Below are positions 45,762 through 54,642 of a stretch of 64,000 nucleotides of DNA, piece by piece. The stretch covers positions 33,596-97,595 of the forward strand of contig CAVXUZ010000005.1 in NCBI GenBank assembly GCA_963765125.1, in the 5' to 3' direction. Source of the DNA: an uncultured candidate division WWE3 bacterium (GTDB lineage: Bacteria > Patescibacteriota > WWE3 > UBA101185 > UBA10185). The notes beneath the pieces were generated by a model. It was given only the letters and a program-made list of their open reading frames with translations, did no database searches and was not told the origin of the DNA. Every line of letters starts with the position of its first letter. Position 1 is the first letter of the stretch. The translations under genes and the position numbers were made by a program.

Positions 45762-45892
45762 TTAGATCTGTAAAAGGATTGTTTGAAAACAGTAGATTTG
45801 GGTTGTTGTTTGTGATTGTATTTTTTATGGTGTCGATGTTTGTTGCCTACTACATTGCACCATTAATTATGCAAAGTGTGTTTGCAAGATAG
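45758..45892 (+). CDS. Possible 44-aa single-TM micro-protein whose ATG overlaps the stop of giant protein 2 (ATGA)
   Basis: MIRSVKGLFENSRFGLLFVIVFFMVSMFVAYYIAPLIMQSVFAR, read manually. Below the ORF-track cutoff. No homolog known. Confidence 0.25.
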   Translation: MIRSVKGLFENSRFGLLFVIVFFMVSMFVAYYIAPLIMQSVFAR

Positions 45893-45974
45893 GAGTTTAT
45901 ATCTGCTAGTATAAGTGCAAAGTAACAAATTGTTTGTGCTATACTAAAAAGGTATAGGAATAAGGCTGCTCAGT

Positions 45975-46841
45975 ATGATAAAAAAATACAATACTGCTCT
46001 AAAAGAATCAGAAAAAGGACAAGCGTTGCTTTTTGTTGTAGTCGCTATGACAATTGCTTTGTCTATTGGAATTAATTCAAGTGTCAGAACACTTACCTCC
46101 CTGTCAAGAACTTCAAGATCAGACACGGCCTCAAGAGCTTTAGCTGCAGCAGAGGGCGGCATTGAGAGATATCTTGCACTCTCTACAACCGAACTAGAGA
46201 GTACGATTACTGGCAATTGCGCAGCAGGAACTTATGATCAAACAGCAGAAGCTTGCCTGATAGAGTTTGATGCTTCTTCTGATGCAATTGTTTCTCAAGC
46301 TCACGTTACTGTGCAAAGATACGAACCAGATTTCTATCCCTTTGATTTAGAGAGTGGCCAAGTTAAAGAAGTGAATCTTTATGATTACAACAGCGGTAAT
46401 CATTACGGTGCTTCTACTGTCGAAGTTTGTTGGAATTCAAAACCACAATCAGAGTTAATGTATATTGCATACAAAGACTCCGGTATTAGTGCTCGTGGTG
46501 GTCTTACCGGTTCAAACGCACCAGATGCTCCTTACAGCAGCAAAGGTTTTGAAAGCGCAGGACCGGGCAGAGACGGATACGCTAACTGCAAAACTATAGA
46601 TATAACTAATGATGTTTACGGGCTGAGAATTAGATCTGTTGGTGATGCTTCTAGCGTTGCAGTGTTCCCTACCGGCAATGAGAGACTCCCTCTTCAAGGT
46701 TATACAATTAAATCTATTGGAAGAATACAACAGGACCAAGGCGTTACCGCTACGAGAACAATTAGCATTATAAGAAGTCTAGCTTATCTCCCTGTAAGCT
46801 TTGACTATGCGTTATATTCAGAGGGCTCGATTACTAAATAA
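45975..46841 (+). CDS. PilX-like minor pilus protein (PilX_N-type N-terminus, no prepilin cleavage site)
   Basis: MIKKYNTALKESEKGQALLFVVVAMTIALSIGINSSV...ASRALAAAEGGIE. Paralog of the 50417 gene (shared C-terminal FDYALYS / FDYALFQ). Confidence 0.6.
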   Translation: MIKKYNTALKESEKGQALLFVVVAMTIALSIGINSSVRTLTSLSRTSRSDTASRALAAAEGGIERYLALSTTELESTITGNCAAGTYDQTAEACLIEFDASSDAIVSQAHVTVQRYEPDFYPFDLESGQVKEVNLYDYNSGNHYGASTVEVCWNSKPQSELMYIAYKDSGISARGGLTGSNAPDAPYSSKGFESAGPGRDGYANCKTIDITNDVYGLRIRSVGDASSVAVFPTGNERLPLQGYTIKSIGRIQQDQGVTATRTISIIRSLAYLPVSFDYALYSEGSITK

Positions 46842-46848
46842 TCTGACC

Positions 46849-47298
46849 ATGCCCAAAAATCAATATCTAAAAACACAAAGTGCCTTTACGCTAATCGAAC
46901 TGTTAATTGTTATTTCTGTTGTTGGCATATTATCCGGAGTTTTGGTAAATGTTATAGATTCGAAAGGTCAAAAAAATAAAGCACTAGACAGTGTTCATCG
47001 AAAAGACATAAACGATTTAGCAGTTTCAATCGAGTCTTACAGGACAGCAGAAGGTTCATACCCCGATGAGGGAACAGAAAACAACCCTCTTGACCCCAGC
47101 GCGTCTACGAGAAATACTGCCGCGGTTTATATAACAGAGTGGCCAGTGGGTGTTATTTATATAAAAAACGATCCTGATTTTGCAATTTATATTCAAAAAG
47201 AAGCTGATACAAATTTTATAAAGTATAATTCGGTGTGGAGAGAATTCAGAGAGTGCGCTGATACAACAAATCCAACCAGTATTACCGACTGTGATTAA
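46849..47298 (+). CDS. Type IV (minor) pilin
   Basis: Start moved to the internal ATG. Leader MPKNQYLKTQSA|FTLIELLIVISVVGILSGV with E+5. Confidence 0.7.
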   Translation: MPKNQYLKTQSAFTLIELLIVISVVGILSGVLVNVIDSKGQKNKALDSVHRKDINDLAVSIESYRTAEGSYPDEGTENNPLDPSASTRNTAAVYITEWPVGVIYIKNDPDFAIYIQKEADTNFIKYNSVWREFRECADTTNPTSITDCD

Positions 47299-47734
47299 AA
47301 AAGAATTCGGATTTACCTTAATAGAACTGCTCGTAGTTGTCTCCGTTATTGGAGTTCTCGTGGGAGTAACTGTAAATGTTATTGATGGAAGAAGGCAAAA
47401 GGCAGTTGCGCAAGATTCTGCTAAAAAAACTAATTTAGAAAAAGTGTGTGCAGGTTTACAAGCTTACTATCAAGGTGAAGATTCATATCCGGCTGAAGGT
47501 GACGTAAATGTACCTCTTCATAGTACTGCAGCAACCGCGTCGACTTTAGCTTTTTATATTAATTCTTGGCCTGATGGTTTTATATACAACGTTAACGGGA
47601 ATGACTTTTCAATTCATGTGCAAAAGTCTGTTGATGAAAACTTTTTTAAATGCGGTACTGCTTGGAGAACTGTTCAAGAATGTGCAAGTACTACAGATGC
47701 CAATGATGTAAGTAGTTGCAATCCAATTCCCTAA
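47291..47734 (+). CDS. Type IV (minor) pilin
   Basis: Leader MIKKEFG|FTLIELLVVVSVIGVLVGV. 8-nt overlap with the previous gene. Confidence 0.75.
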   Translation: MIKKEFGFTLIELLVVVSVIGVLVGVTVNVIDGRRQKAVAQDSAKKTNLEKVCAGLQAYYQGEDSYPAEGDVNVPLHSTAATASTLAFYINSWPDGFIYNVNGNDFSIHVQKSVDENFFKCGTAWRTVQECASTTDANDVSSCNPIP

Positions 47735-47790
47735 AGAATATTTCACTCTCCTACCTTGACACCGCAACGCTAAAATCTCATACTTAATCT

Positions 47791-48315
47791 ATGCCCTCAC
47801 ACCTTAAAAATAAAAAATCAGCAGGTTTTACTTTAATAGAGTTATTAGTTGTTATTTTGGTGATTGGCGCACTTAGTGGTGTGCTTTTAAGCGTGATTAA
47901 TAGCTCAGGCATAAGAGGAAAAGCTAGAGATTCTCAAAGAAAAGCAGATGTTAAAAAAATACAAACAGCTCTAGAATTATACTTTTCGGACAATAGAACT
48001 TACCCTGTTAGCGACGATGGCGGAGGTGCAGGATCTTGGGAGCTTGTAGGTGCAGGTGCATTGGGAGCGTTTCTTTCGCCAGATTATATTGACCCACTCC
48101 CGCAAGACCCCAAAAAAGAGGTTTCAACTGATTCCGACCCTTGTTCAAACCCAACTGTTCCTAGATATAATTATCGCTCAGACGGCGCATACTATTTCTT
48201 AACAGCGATCATGGAAGTTGAAACATCTAACGATGATGGCGAGTGTGGCTCAGTCATTGGTTGTGCGGCAGGGTACGCCTCAGAAAATTTCTGCTATTAT
48301 GCCAGAAATCCATAA
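47791..48315 (+). CDS. Type IV (minor) pilin
   Basis: Leader MPSHLKNKKSAG|FTLIELLVVILVIGALSGV. Confidence 0.75.
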   Translation: MPSHLKNKKSAGFTLIELLVVILVIGALSGVLLSVINSSGIRGKARDSQRKADVKKIQTALELYFSDNRTYPVSDDGGGAGSWELVGAGALGAFLSPDYIDPLPQDPKKEVSTDSDPCSNPTVPRYNYRSDGAYYFLTAIMEVETSNDDGECGSVIGCAAGYASENFCYYARNP

Positions 48316-48799
48316 GCCTAAAAATTTAAAAGGAATGACTTTGATTGAGATTGTTCTTGCTGTTGCAGTTATTCTCATTATTTCGGGAGCAGGACTACTG
48401 GCTATTAATCCAGCTGAGAAAAGGGCAAATGCGAGAGACACCGTAAGAATTAGTGATATAGAAACAATCGAGAGGGCAGTTCAGGAATATTTGATGGATA
48501 ACGGCAGCTATCCTGACCTGGCGGGTACTATAAGAGAAAGCGTCACCCTCCCAACAGGAAATACGTCATTAGATAATTCAGCGTCTGGTTGGATTGATAC
48601 CGACCTCTCTAAATATATGTCGAGAATGCCGATCGATCCTATTAATGACGCCACTTATAAGTACAGTTATTACCACACCACTAGCACTTACGAGATTAAC
48701 GCAGTTTTAGAAGACATTACTAACCTAATGTTAGACGACGGTGGAAATGACGCAAATGTTTACGAAGTAGGAAACGATTTAACATTAATCTCGCCATAA
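48299..48799 (+). CDS. Type IV pilin paralog of the major pilin
   Basis: Start moved to the internal ATG, giving leader MPEIHKPKNLKG|MTLIEIVLAVAV. The C-terminus MPIDPINDATYKYSYYHTTSTYEINAVLEDITNLMLDDGGNDANVYEVGNDLTLIS matches the 32599 and 25059 pilins. Confidence 0.7.
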   Translation: MPEIHKPKNLKGMTLIEIVLAVAVILIISGAGLLAINPAEKRANARDTVRISDIETIERAVQEYLMDNGSYPDLAGTIRESVTLPTGNTSLDNSASGWIDTDLSKYMSRMPIDPINDATYKYSYYHTTSTYEINAVLEDITNLMLDDGGNDANVYEVGNDLTLISP

Positions 48800-48825
48800 A
48801 AAAGTATAAGTGTTAGAATTTTAGT

Positions 48826-49371
48826 ATGAGAACTGCCCAAAACTCTCTTTTTCACGGATTTACCCTAATTGAGCTTTTAATAACCATTTCTATTATTACG
48901 ATTATTACAGGCGCGTCATTACCAAGCTTTAATTCTTATATTAAAAATCAAAATGTAAAACAGTCACAAGAAAAAGTAAAAGATGATTTACGAACAGTAC
49001 AAAATAGAGCGTTAAATGGTCAAGACGCAGAAGTGCTACTAAGTGGTAACAAAGTAAATTATTGGGGAATTGAATTTGCTCAAGGAGAGGCCGCCTATAC
49101 ATATTTTATTTCTACAGATACTTCGTCATGTGGACCTGCCGCCAATCGACAAGATTTTAGAGTTAGTGAAATACTCCCTGGCGACAACGTAGTGAGAAGC
49201 GAGGATGGCTGTGTTTTTTTTAGTTTTGAAAATGGTGATGCTTTTTTCTCACCGGCCCCGGCAGACACAATTATTATCGGCCCCCCTACCGGAAGTACAG
49301 GGTGTAAAAGGCTTGAAGTTACCCCTGTCGGGTTAATACAAGCAATAACAAACAATGATTTATGTACGTAA
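48826..49371 (+). CDS. Type IV (minor) pilin
   Basis: Leader MRTAQNSLFHG|FTLIELLITISIITIITG. Confidence 0.75.
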   Translation: MRTAQNSLFHGFTLIELLITISIITIITGASLPSFNSYIKNQNVKQSQEKVKDDLRTVQNRALNGQDAEVLLSGNKVNYWGIEFAQGEAAYTYFISTDTSSCGPAANRQDFRVSEILPGDNVVRSEDGCVFFSFENGDAFFSPAPADTIIIGPPTGSTGCKRLEVTPVGLIQAITNNDLCT

Positions 49372-49864
49372 AATAAAACTAAATAATGAAAGCGGAATTG
49401 GTATTGTTGAGGTGATTGCGGCCTTGGGAGTGTCGGTTGTAGTACTTACCTCTTTAGTTGCGTTGTCAATTTTTTCTCTGAGATCCTCATTACATAGCAA
49501 ACTCCAGCTTGAAGGAACAAAATTTGCAAATCGTGAACTTGAGCTAGTCAGGGCATTTCGTGATACTCCGCCCGAATGGGAAAATGGTACAGATGGATTT
49601 CTTGACCAAGTAATGGGCTGCACCGCCGCGAGTCCTTGCCACATGCTTTTTACAGGTGGTTTAACGGTTGGCAGCGGTAGTACTACTGAGGGAAACGGCG
49701 CAGAAACAATCACCAGACAATTTACAGCTTCGAGAACAGACGGAACGCAGCTTCAATCAGGAGACGAAACGGTGAGAATTAGCGTAACAGTATCTTGGGA
49801 AGTAGGAACCGATACAAAATACGCTCGTTTATATACAGATTTAACGAATTGGGCAGACAAATAA
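49355..49864 (+). CDS. Pseudopilin/minor pilin with an atypical leader (…NNESG|IGIVEVIAALGV)
   Basis: Hydrophobic N-terminal helix with Glu at +5 after Gly. Overlaps the previous gene by 17 nt. Confidence 0.55.
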   Translation: MIYVRKIKLNNESGIGIVEVIAALGVSVVVLTSLVALSIFSLRSSLHSKLQLEGTKFANRELELVRAFRDTPPEWENGTDGFLDQVMGCTAASPCHMLFTGGLTVGSGSTTEGNGAETITRQFTASRTDGTQLQSGDETVRISVTVSWEVGTDTKYARLYTDLTNWADK

Positions 49865-49865
49865 A

Positions 49866-50417
49866 ATGAAAAAAACCGTAGAGAAAAATGGATTTACACT
49901 AATAGAATTAATCATTGTAGTTTCAATTTTAGCCATTGCTGTTGGAGTAACCAGCGATGTTCTAATTAACTTAGTGAGGTCATACAACAAAAGTCAGGTA
50001 TCGCATGAGGTTGAACAGAACGCAAACTTTGTTGGACAAAAATTGGTTAAAGAATTACGAAACGCTACGGTGATTACAGACCTTGATCTCGGCGACTTAA
50101 CCCCGCTTCAACAAGGCGACCATTACAATGAAGTTACTTTTTTAGACTCGGCGGGTAATGAAATAATTTATAGTGTTTTAGGCGGGATAATATTTAGAAA
50201 TAGTGGGTCTGGTGATGAAGAGCTGACTGAGAATAATCCACCATATGGTATTGACGCGGCGTGTCCAAACACAGACGACTGTTTTACTTTGCTATCCGCG
50301 AATCCACAGGTCTTAAGAATATCCATTATTATGACGCAAGCCGGCACACCGGGTAACCGCTCATTTGAAGGCGAAATAAATATCGAAGATACAATAGTCA
50401 TAAGGAACACGTATTAA
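49866..50417 (+). CDS. Type IV (minor) pilin
   Basis: Leader MKKTVEKNG|FTLIELIIVVSILAIAVGV. Confidence 0.75.
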   Translation: MKKTVEKNGFTLIELIIVVSILAIAVGVTSDVLINLVRSYNKSQVSHEVEQNANFVGQKLVKELRNATVITDLDLGDLTPLQQGDHYNEVTFLDSAGNEIIYSVLGGIIFRNSGSGDEELTENNPPYGIDAACPNTDDCFTLLSANPQVLRISIIMTQAGTPGNRSFEGEINIEDTIVIRNTY

Positions 50418-51226
50418 TGAAAAATAACCTTTATAACAATGAAAAAGGTCAGACCTTACTCATCATGTTTGTGATGATGGTTATCGCACTTTCTATAGGA
50501 ATTGCAATTTCTACAAGATACATTGGTGGTTTAAGGAATATTACGCAATCCGATCTTTCTACAAGGGCAATCGCAGTAGCCGAAGCAGCTGTTGAACATA
50601 TCTTGTTATTACCAATCGAAACAATCGAAGACTATGCAACAAATGGCACATGCGGGGCAAACTGTACGCTCTCGATAACTGGCGATGATGGTCAGGTGCT
50701 GACTGCAAACGTGACTTTAACAATCTTAGGTTCGAGTTCAGAGCCTTACCTTCTTCAACTTAAAACAGACGAGACATCGCAGGTTAATCTTCAAGGTTAC
50801 CCACAAAATCAAAACGTTTATATTTGTTGGGATGAACCAGATATGTCAATCACCGGTCTTTATTTAAATGGTGCTGTTGGTAGTTATCAAGCTGACGCAT
50901 TCTCATATAATCCTCCAACGACATCTCATGCTGATAATAATTTTTCAAACGCTGCTGCTCAACAAGGTTATAGCAGTTGTATTACTATAGCCAGTATTGC
51001 AAATTCAAATATGTTGAGATTAAAAGCACTTTATAATGAAGGTTACGTCGTTGTAATACCCGCAAGCGGACAAGTATTACCAAACCAAGGAATTTTAATT
51101 GAGTCAGTCGGCAACGCAGGAGATGTAACAAAAACGGTCACGGTACTTATTACAGACCCCATTATGCCAGCACAATTCGACTACGCGCTTTTTCAAAAAT
51201 CGAACACTCAGCCATTGTCTAACTAG
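50417..51226 (+). CDS. PilX-like minor pilus protein, paralog of the 45975 gene
   Basis: MKNNLYNNEKGQTLLIMFVMMVIALSIGIAISTRY...TRAIAVAEAAVEH. C-terminal FDYALFQ. Confidence 0.6.
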   Translation: MKNNLYNNEKGQTLLIMFVMMVIALSIGIAISTRYIGGLRNITQSDLSTRAIAVAEAAVEHILLLPIETIEDYATNGTCGANCTLSITGDDGQVLTANVTLTILGSSSEPYLLQLKTDETSQVNLQGYPQNQNVYICWDEPDMSITGLYLNGAVGSYQADAFSYNPPTTSHADNNFSNAAAQQGYSSCITIASIANSNMLRLKALYNEGYVVVIPASGQVLPNQGILIESVGNAGDVTKTVTVLITDPIMPAQFDYALFQKSNTQPLSN

Positions 51227-51249
51227 TTTAATTAAGGTAACATTTTCTT

Positions 51250-52281
51250 ATGCCCTCAGTACTAGGTCTTGATTTAGGTCAACACACGTTCCGAGCCGTT
51301 GAGATTGAAGTTTCAAAAAAAGGTACGTTTCTCAATCATTATGGGGTTTACGATAATCAAAATATTGATTTCGATGGAACAGATGCTGACTCACAAAAAG
51401 AATATTCTCACGCGATCAAAGAGTTTATAAAAGACTCAGGATTTTCTACTCCTCAAGTAATAATTTCACTTGAAGATAAAGATATTTTTATGAGGGTGAT
51501 TAGCGTACCTCAAATGAGTGATAAAGAACTAAGTAGTTCGATAATGTTTGAAGCAGAACAATACATTCCCCTACCGATAAAAGAAGTTAATCTTAGTTAC
51601 CAAGTACTTGATATTCCTACTAACGAACCAGGAAGAGTGAGCGTTCAGTTGGTGGCAGCAAGAAAAGATATTATTCAAAAATCAATTAGCCTTGTTAAAG
51701 AAGCGAAACTAACACCGGTAGGAATAGAACCAGAAGCGTTGTCTATTGGACGCGCTTTAGGTGAAGCCTCTGACGCTAGCGCAAATATAATTTTACATTT
51801 AGGTTACAGAAAATCTCTTATTATAGTTGCTCTGAAAGGATTTGTTGTTTTTAACAGAACGTTATCTATTGGAGGAGATGCTATGACCAGGGCCTTGAGT
51901 CAGGCGTTAAACCTAGATTACATACAAGCTGAAGAGTATAAAAAAGCGTATGGATTGATGCAGGAACAAGCTGAGGGGCGTATTTATGAGGTTATTAAGC
52001 CCATGTTTGACAGCATAAACGATGAAATTGGTCGCGCACAAGTATTTTTTACAACTCACCACCCGGGTGTTACTATTAATAAAGTGTTGTTATCCGGAGG
52101 TACTGCCCTAATGCCAGGATTATTATTATACATGGCAAATAATTTAAGCCTCGAAGTCGAACTAGCTAACCCATTTAAAAAGGTAGCATTTTCTAAAGAT
52201 CTAGAGAGTAAAAAAGAGTGGCTGATGGAGAATGGCCCATTATTTACCGCCCCCGTTGGGCTGGCGTTAAAGGAATTTTAA
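51250..52281 (+). CDS. pilM: Type IV pilus assembly protein PilM (actin-like ATPase fold)
   Basis: MPSVLGLDLGQHTFRAVEIE... N-terminus. Sugar-kinase/actin fold blocks (ILHLGYRKSLIIVA; LLSGGTALMPGL). 343 aa. Confidence 0.8.
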   Translation: MPSVLGLDLGQHTFRAVEIEVSKKGTFLNHYGVYDNQNIDFDGTDADSQKEYSHAIKEFIKDSGFSTPQVIISLEDKDIFMRVISVPQMSDKELSSSIMFEAEQYIPLPIKEVNLSYQVLDIPTNEPGRVSVQLVAARKDIIQKSISLVKEAKLTPVGIEPEALSIGRALGEASDASANIILHLGYRKSLIIVALKGFVVFNRTLSIGGDAMTRALSQALNLDYIQAEEYKKAYGLMQEQAEGRIYEVIKPMFDSINDEIGRAQVFFTTHHPGVTINKVLLSGGTALMPGLLLYMANNLSLEVELANPFKKVAFSKDLESKKEWLMENGPLFTAPVGLALKEF

Positions 52282-52284
52282 TCG

Positions 52285-52836
52285 ATGGCGCAATCTATTA
52301 ACCTCATCCCCCAAGAAGAAAGATTAGCTCAAACAAAAACAAAAGTTGTTAAAGTAAGTACGATTCTAACAGTAGTGCTTCTCGTAATTGTTGGAGGTGT
52401 TGGAGGATATTATTTCTATAGAGCGAGTACGATAAAGTCAGAATTAAATAATCTTGAAACACAGGTAAATTCACTTAGATCAGATATTTCGCAACTTAAA
52501 GACATGGAGATCAATGCGAGAAATCTTTATAAAAAATCGACTGCATTGGGTACTATATTTTCGAGTCGTGTCTATTATTCAAAAATGCTTTCAGCACTAG
52601 AACAGAGTACGCCAGAAGGAATCCTGATTGATTCTTTTGGACTCGGAACCGACCAGACGGTTGCAATTTCAGGCCGAGCAAATACCTATAATGATGTGCA
52701 GAGTTTTACAAATCGATTACTTGAACGCGAATTATTTACTGAGGTTGAATTAAAGTCAGTCGGTCTCGAAAGCCGTCAAGAAAAAGTAAACTTTTTTATA
52801 GTAGTAAGTTACGACTTAGGATTATTACATGAATGA
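52285..52836 (+). CDS. pilN: Type IV pilus assembly protein PilN
   Basis: Short cytoplasmic N-terminus (INLIPQEERL), a single TM, then a coiled coil. Position directly after pilM. Confidence 0.7.
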   Translation: MAQSINLIPQEERLAQTKTKVVKVSTILTVVLLVIVGGVGGYYFYRASTIKSELNNLETQVNSLRSDISQLKDMEINARNLYKKSTALGTIFSSRVYYSKMLSALEQSTPEGILIDSFGLGTDQTVAISGRANTYNDVQSFTNRLLERELFTEVELKSVGLESRQEKVNFFIVVSYDLGLLHE

Positions 52837-53755
52837 AGACCTAGGACTACAACCACAAATGGATCAAGCAGATCAACAAATGGATAAAGTGTTATCAGAG
52901 GCGACGAACCAGTTCAAACAGCCGATTGTAATGCCAAAGAAATCAAGTGTTCAACTAGACGCTATAAAAGAAACATTACTAAACTACATAGTCCCGTTGG
53001 TTTCTATACTTCTCACAGTCCTGATCGGTTTATTTGTCTTATATCCTTCATACAAAAGTCTCCCCGACCTTCAAACACAGCTAGATCAAAAGAGGCTTCT
53101 AAAATCAAACCTCGAGAAAAAGATAGACAATTTAAATAGACTCGCAGATTTTAAAAATGTTGTTGATGAAGATGCTGCGCTAGTCAGTAAAGTACTGGTA
53201 TCAGATCAATTAATACCTGGGTTGTTAACTCAAGTCGACAAAATTACACAAGAGGCTGGCCTTTCAATCAATAGACTTAACTACGGAGTTGGTGTAACAA
53301 CCCAAGCCGGCGGTACAGCGACGCCAGTCACATACAACTATGTAACTGTAAATCTTGGCGTAACAGGAAGTTTTGAACAAATTAAAACATTTTTATCAAG
53401 ACTCGAAGGCGCGGCAAGAATAATTGATGTCGATAAGTTTAGATACACACTCAGTGAAACAGACGCAGGAAACTTTTTAGGTGTGAATTTTGTGTTAGTT
53501 TCACCTTATCTATTTGTTGAATCCACAGCTATAACTGATGAGTCTATTAATCTCGATATCTCGAGCCCAGCTTTTGTAGGATTAATTAATAAAATAAAAA
53601 ATCTTAATTACTACGATCCAAATGAAATAAATCTCGAAGTTCCTGTTATAGAGGCAACAGAAGAAGACAAGGAAGAAGAGTTAACAGGTGAAGAAATTAT
53701 TCAACAAGTCACACAGCAAGAAGTTCTGCAGGGTGCGGGTGAACCAACTCAGTAG
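52829..53755 (+). CDS. pilO: PilO-like pilus assembly protein
   Basis: Single TM (IVPLVSILLTVLIGLFVLY) followed by a coiled coil and a periplasmic domain. Position after pilN. The Glu-rich C-terminus is atypical. Confidence 0.5.
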   Translation: MNEDLGLQPQMDQADQQMDKVLSEATNQFKQPIVMPKKSSVQLDAIKETLLNYIVPLVSILLTVLIGLFVLYPSYKSLPDLQTQLDQKRLLKSNLEKKIDNLNRLADFKNVVDEDAALVSKVLVSDQLIPGLLTQVDKITQEAGLSINRLNYGVGVTTQAGGTATPVTYNYVTVNLGVTGSFEQIKTFLSRLEGAARIIDVDKFRYTLSETDAGNFLGVNFVLVSPYLFVESTAITDESINLDISSPAFVGLINKIKNLNYYDPNEINLEVPVIEATEEDKEEELTGEEIIQQVTQQEVLQGAGEPTQ

Positions 53756-54387
53756 TCTTTAGAGTTTTCTTTTCTCCATTTTTTAATTTCAGCGTGATTA
53801 CCCGACACTAATACTTGTGGTACTTTGTGGCCTTTAAATTCCTCTGGTCTTGTATATTGTGGATATTCAAGTGTGTCTTCTGAAAATGATTCTACAGCAG
53901 TTGTCTCATCGTCCAGAACACCTGGTTGTAAACGCGTAATACTTTCCATAATAATTAACGCTGGCAGTTCACCACCAGATAAAACATAATCACCAATAGA
54001 AATCATTTCATCACAATAATTGTTTACTCTTTCATCAACACCTTCGTATCTTCCACAAATTAGAGTTAGCTCGTCGAGTTTCTGATATTCACGGGCAACC
54101 TTTTGCGTATATTTTTTTCCACGCGGCGAAAGAAGAATAGTTTTTCTATTTTCTGATGTAGGTTTGATGGTTTGTAGTGCGTTAAAAATTGGCTCAACCA
54201 TTAAAAGCATGCCTTTACCTCCACCGTAAGGTTTACCATCAACAGTGCCGTAGCTATCGAGCGCAAAATTTCTCAAACCGATTAAATTAACTTCGATTTT
54301 ATTTAATTCTATAGCCTTCTTAAATGGGAGATATTCTAAATGTTTTTCAAATATTTCTGGAAAAAGTGTAACGATATTAAGCTTCAT
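53749..54387 (-). CDS. trmD: tRNA (guanine37-N1)-methyltransferase
   Basis: MKLNIVTLFPEIF...GLRNFALDSYGTVDGKPYGGGKGMLLMVEPI (SPOUT fold, TrmD signature). 212 aa. Confidence 0.9.
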   Translation of the reverse strand: MKLNIVTLFPEIFEKHLEYLPFKKAIELNKIEVNLIGLRNFALDSYGTVDGKPYGGGKGMLLMVEPIFNALQTIKPTSENRKTILLSPRGKKYTQKVAREYQKLDELTLICGRYEGVDERVNNYCDEMISIGDYVLSGGELPALIIMESITRLQPGVLDDETTAVESFSEDTLEYPQYTRPEEFKGHKVPQVLVSGNHAEIKKWRKENSKDY

Positions 54388-54628
54388 TTTCTCTATTTTT
54401 GTCTATCAACTCTACTCGGACTCTGACGCCATCTTTGATAGCCTTAGCCCTGATGAGTGATCTTATGCTTCTGATAGTCTTACCTTGTTTGCCAATCACC
54501 AAACCCATATCTTCGTCGGCAACTTCAATATTAAATGTCACGTATCCATTGTCATTTAATTCTTCAATTTTAATATTTTCGGGCTGTGAAACTATTTGGT
54601 TAAGAATGTATACAAGAAATTCTTTCAT
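54377..54628 (-). CDS. KH-domain RNA-binding protein (UPF0109/YlqC family)
   Basis: GLVIGKQGKTIRSIRSLIRAKA (GxxG KH loop). Conserved position between rpsP and trmD. Confidence 0.75.
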   Translation of the reverse strand: MKEFLVYILNQIVSQPENIKIEELNDNGYVTFNIEVADEDMGLVIGKQGKTIRSIRSLIRAKAIKDGVRVRVELIDKNRENEA

Positions 54629-54642
54629 TGTTTAATTCTACT

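Noticed and set aside
48218-48298. 5' extension of the track ORF 48218-48799 (MKHLTMMASVAQSLVVRQGTPQKISAI…)
   Set aside because: It overlaps the previous pilin gene by about 100 nt. The internal ATG at 48299 yields a proper prepilin leader ending in Gly (MPEIHKPKNLKG|MTLIEI…).
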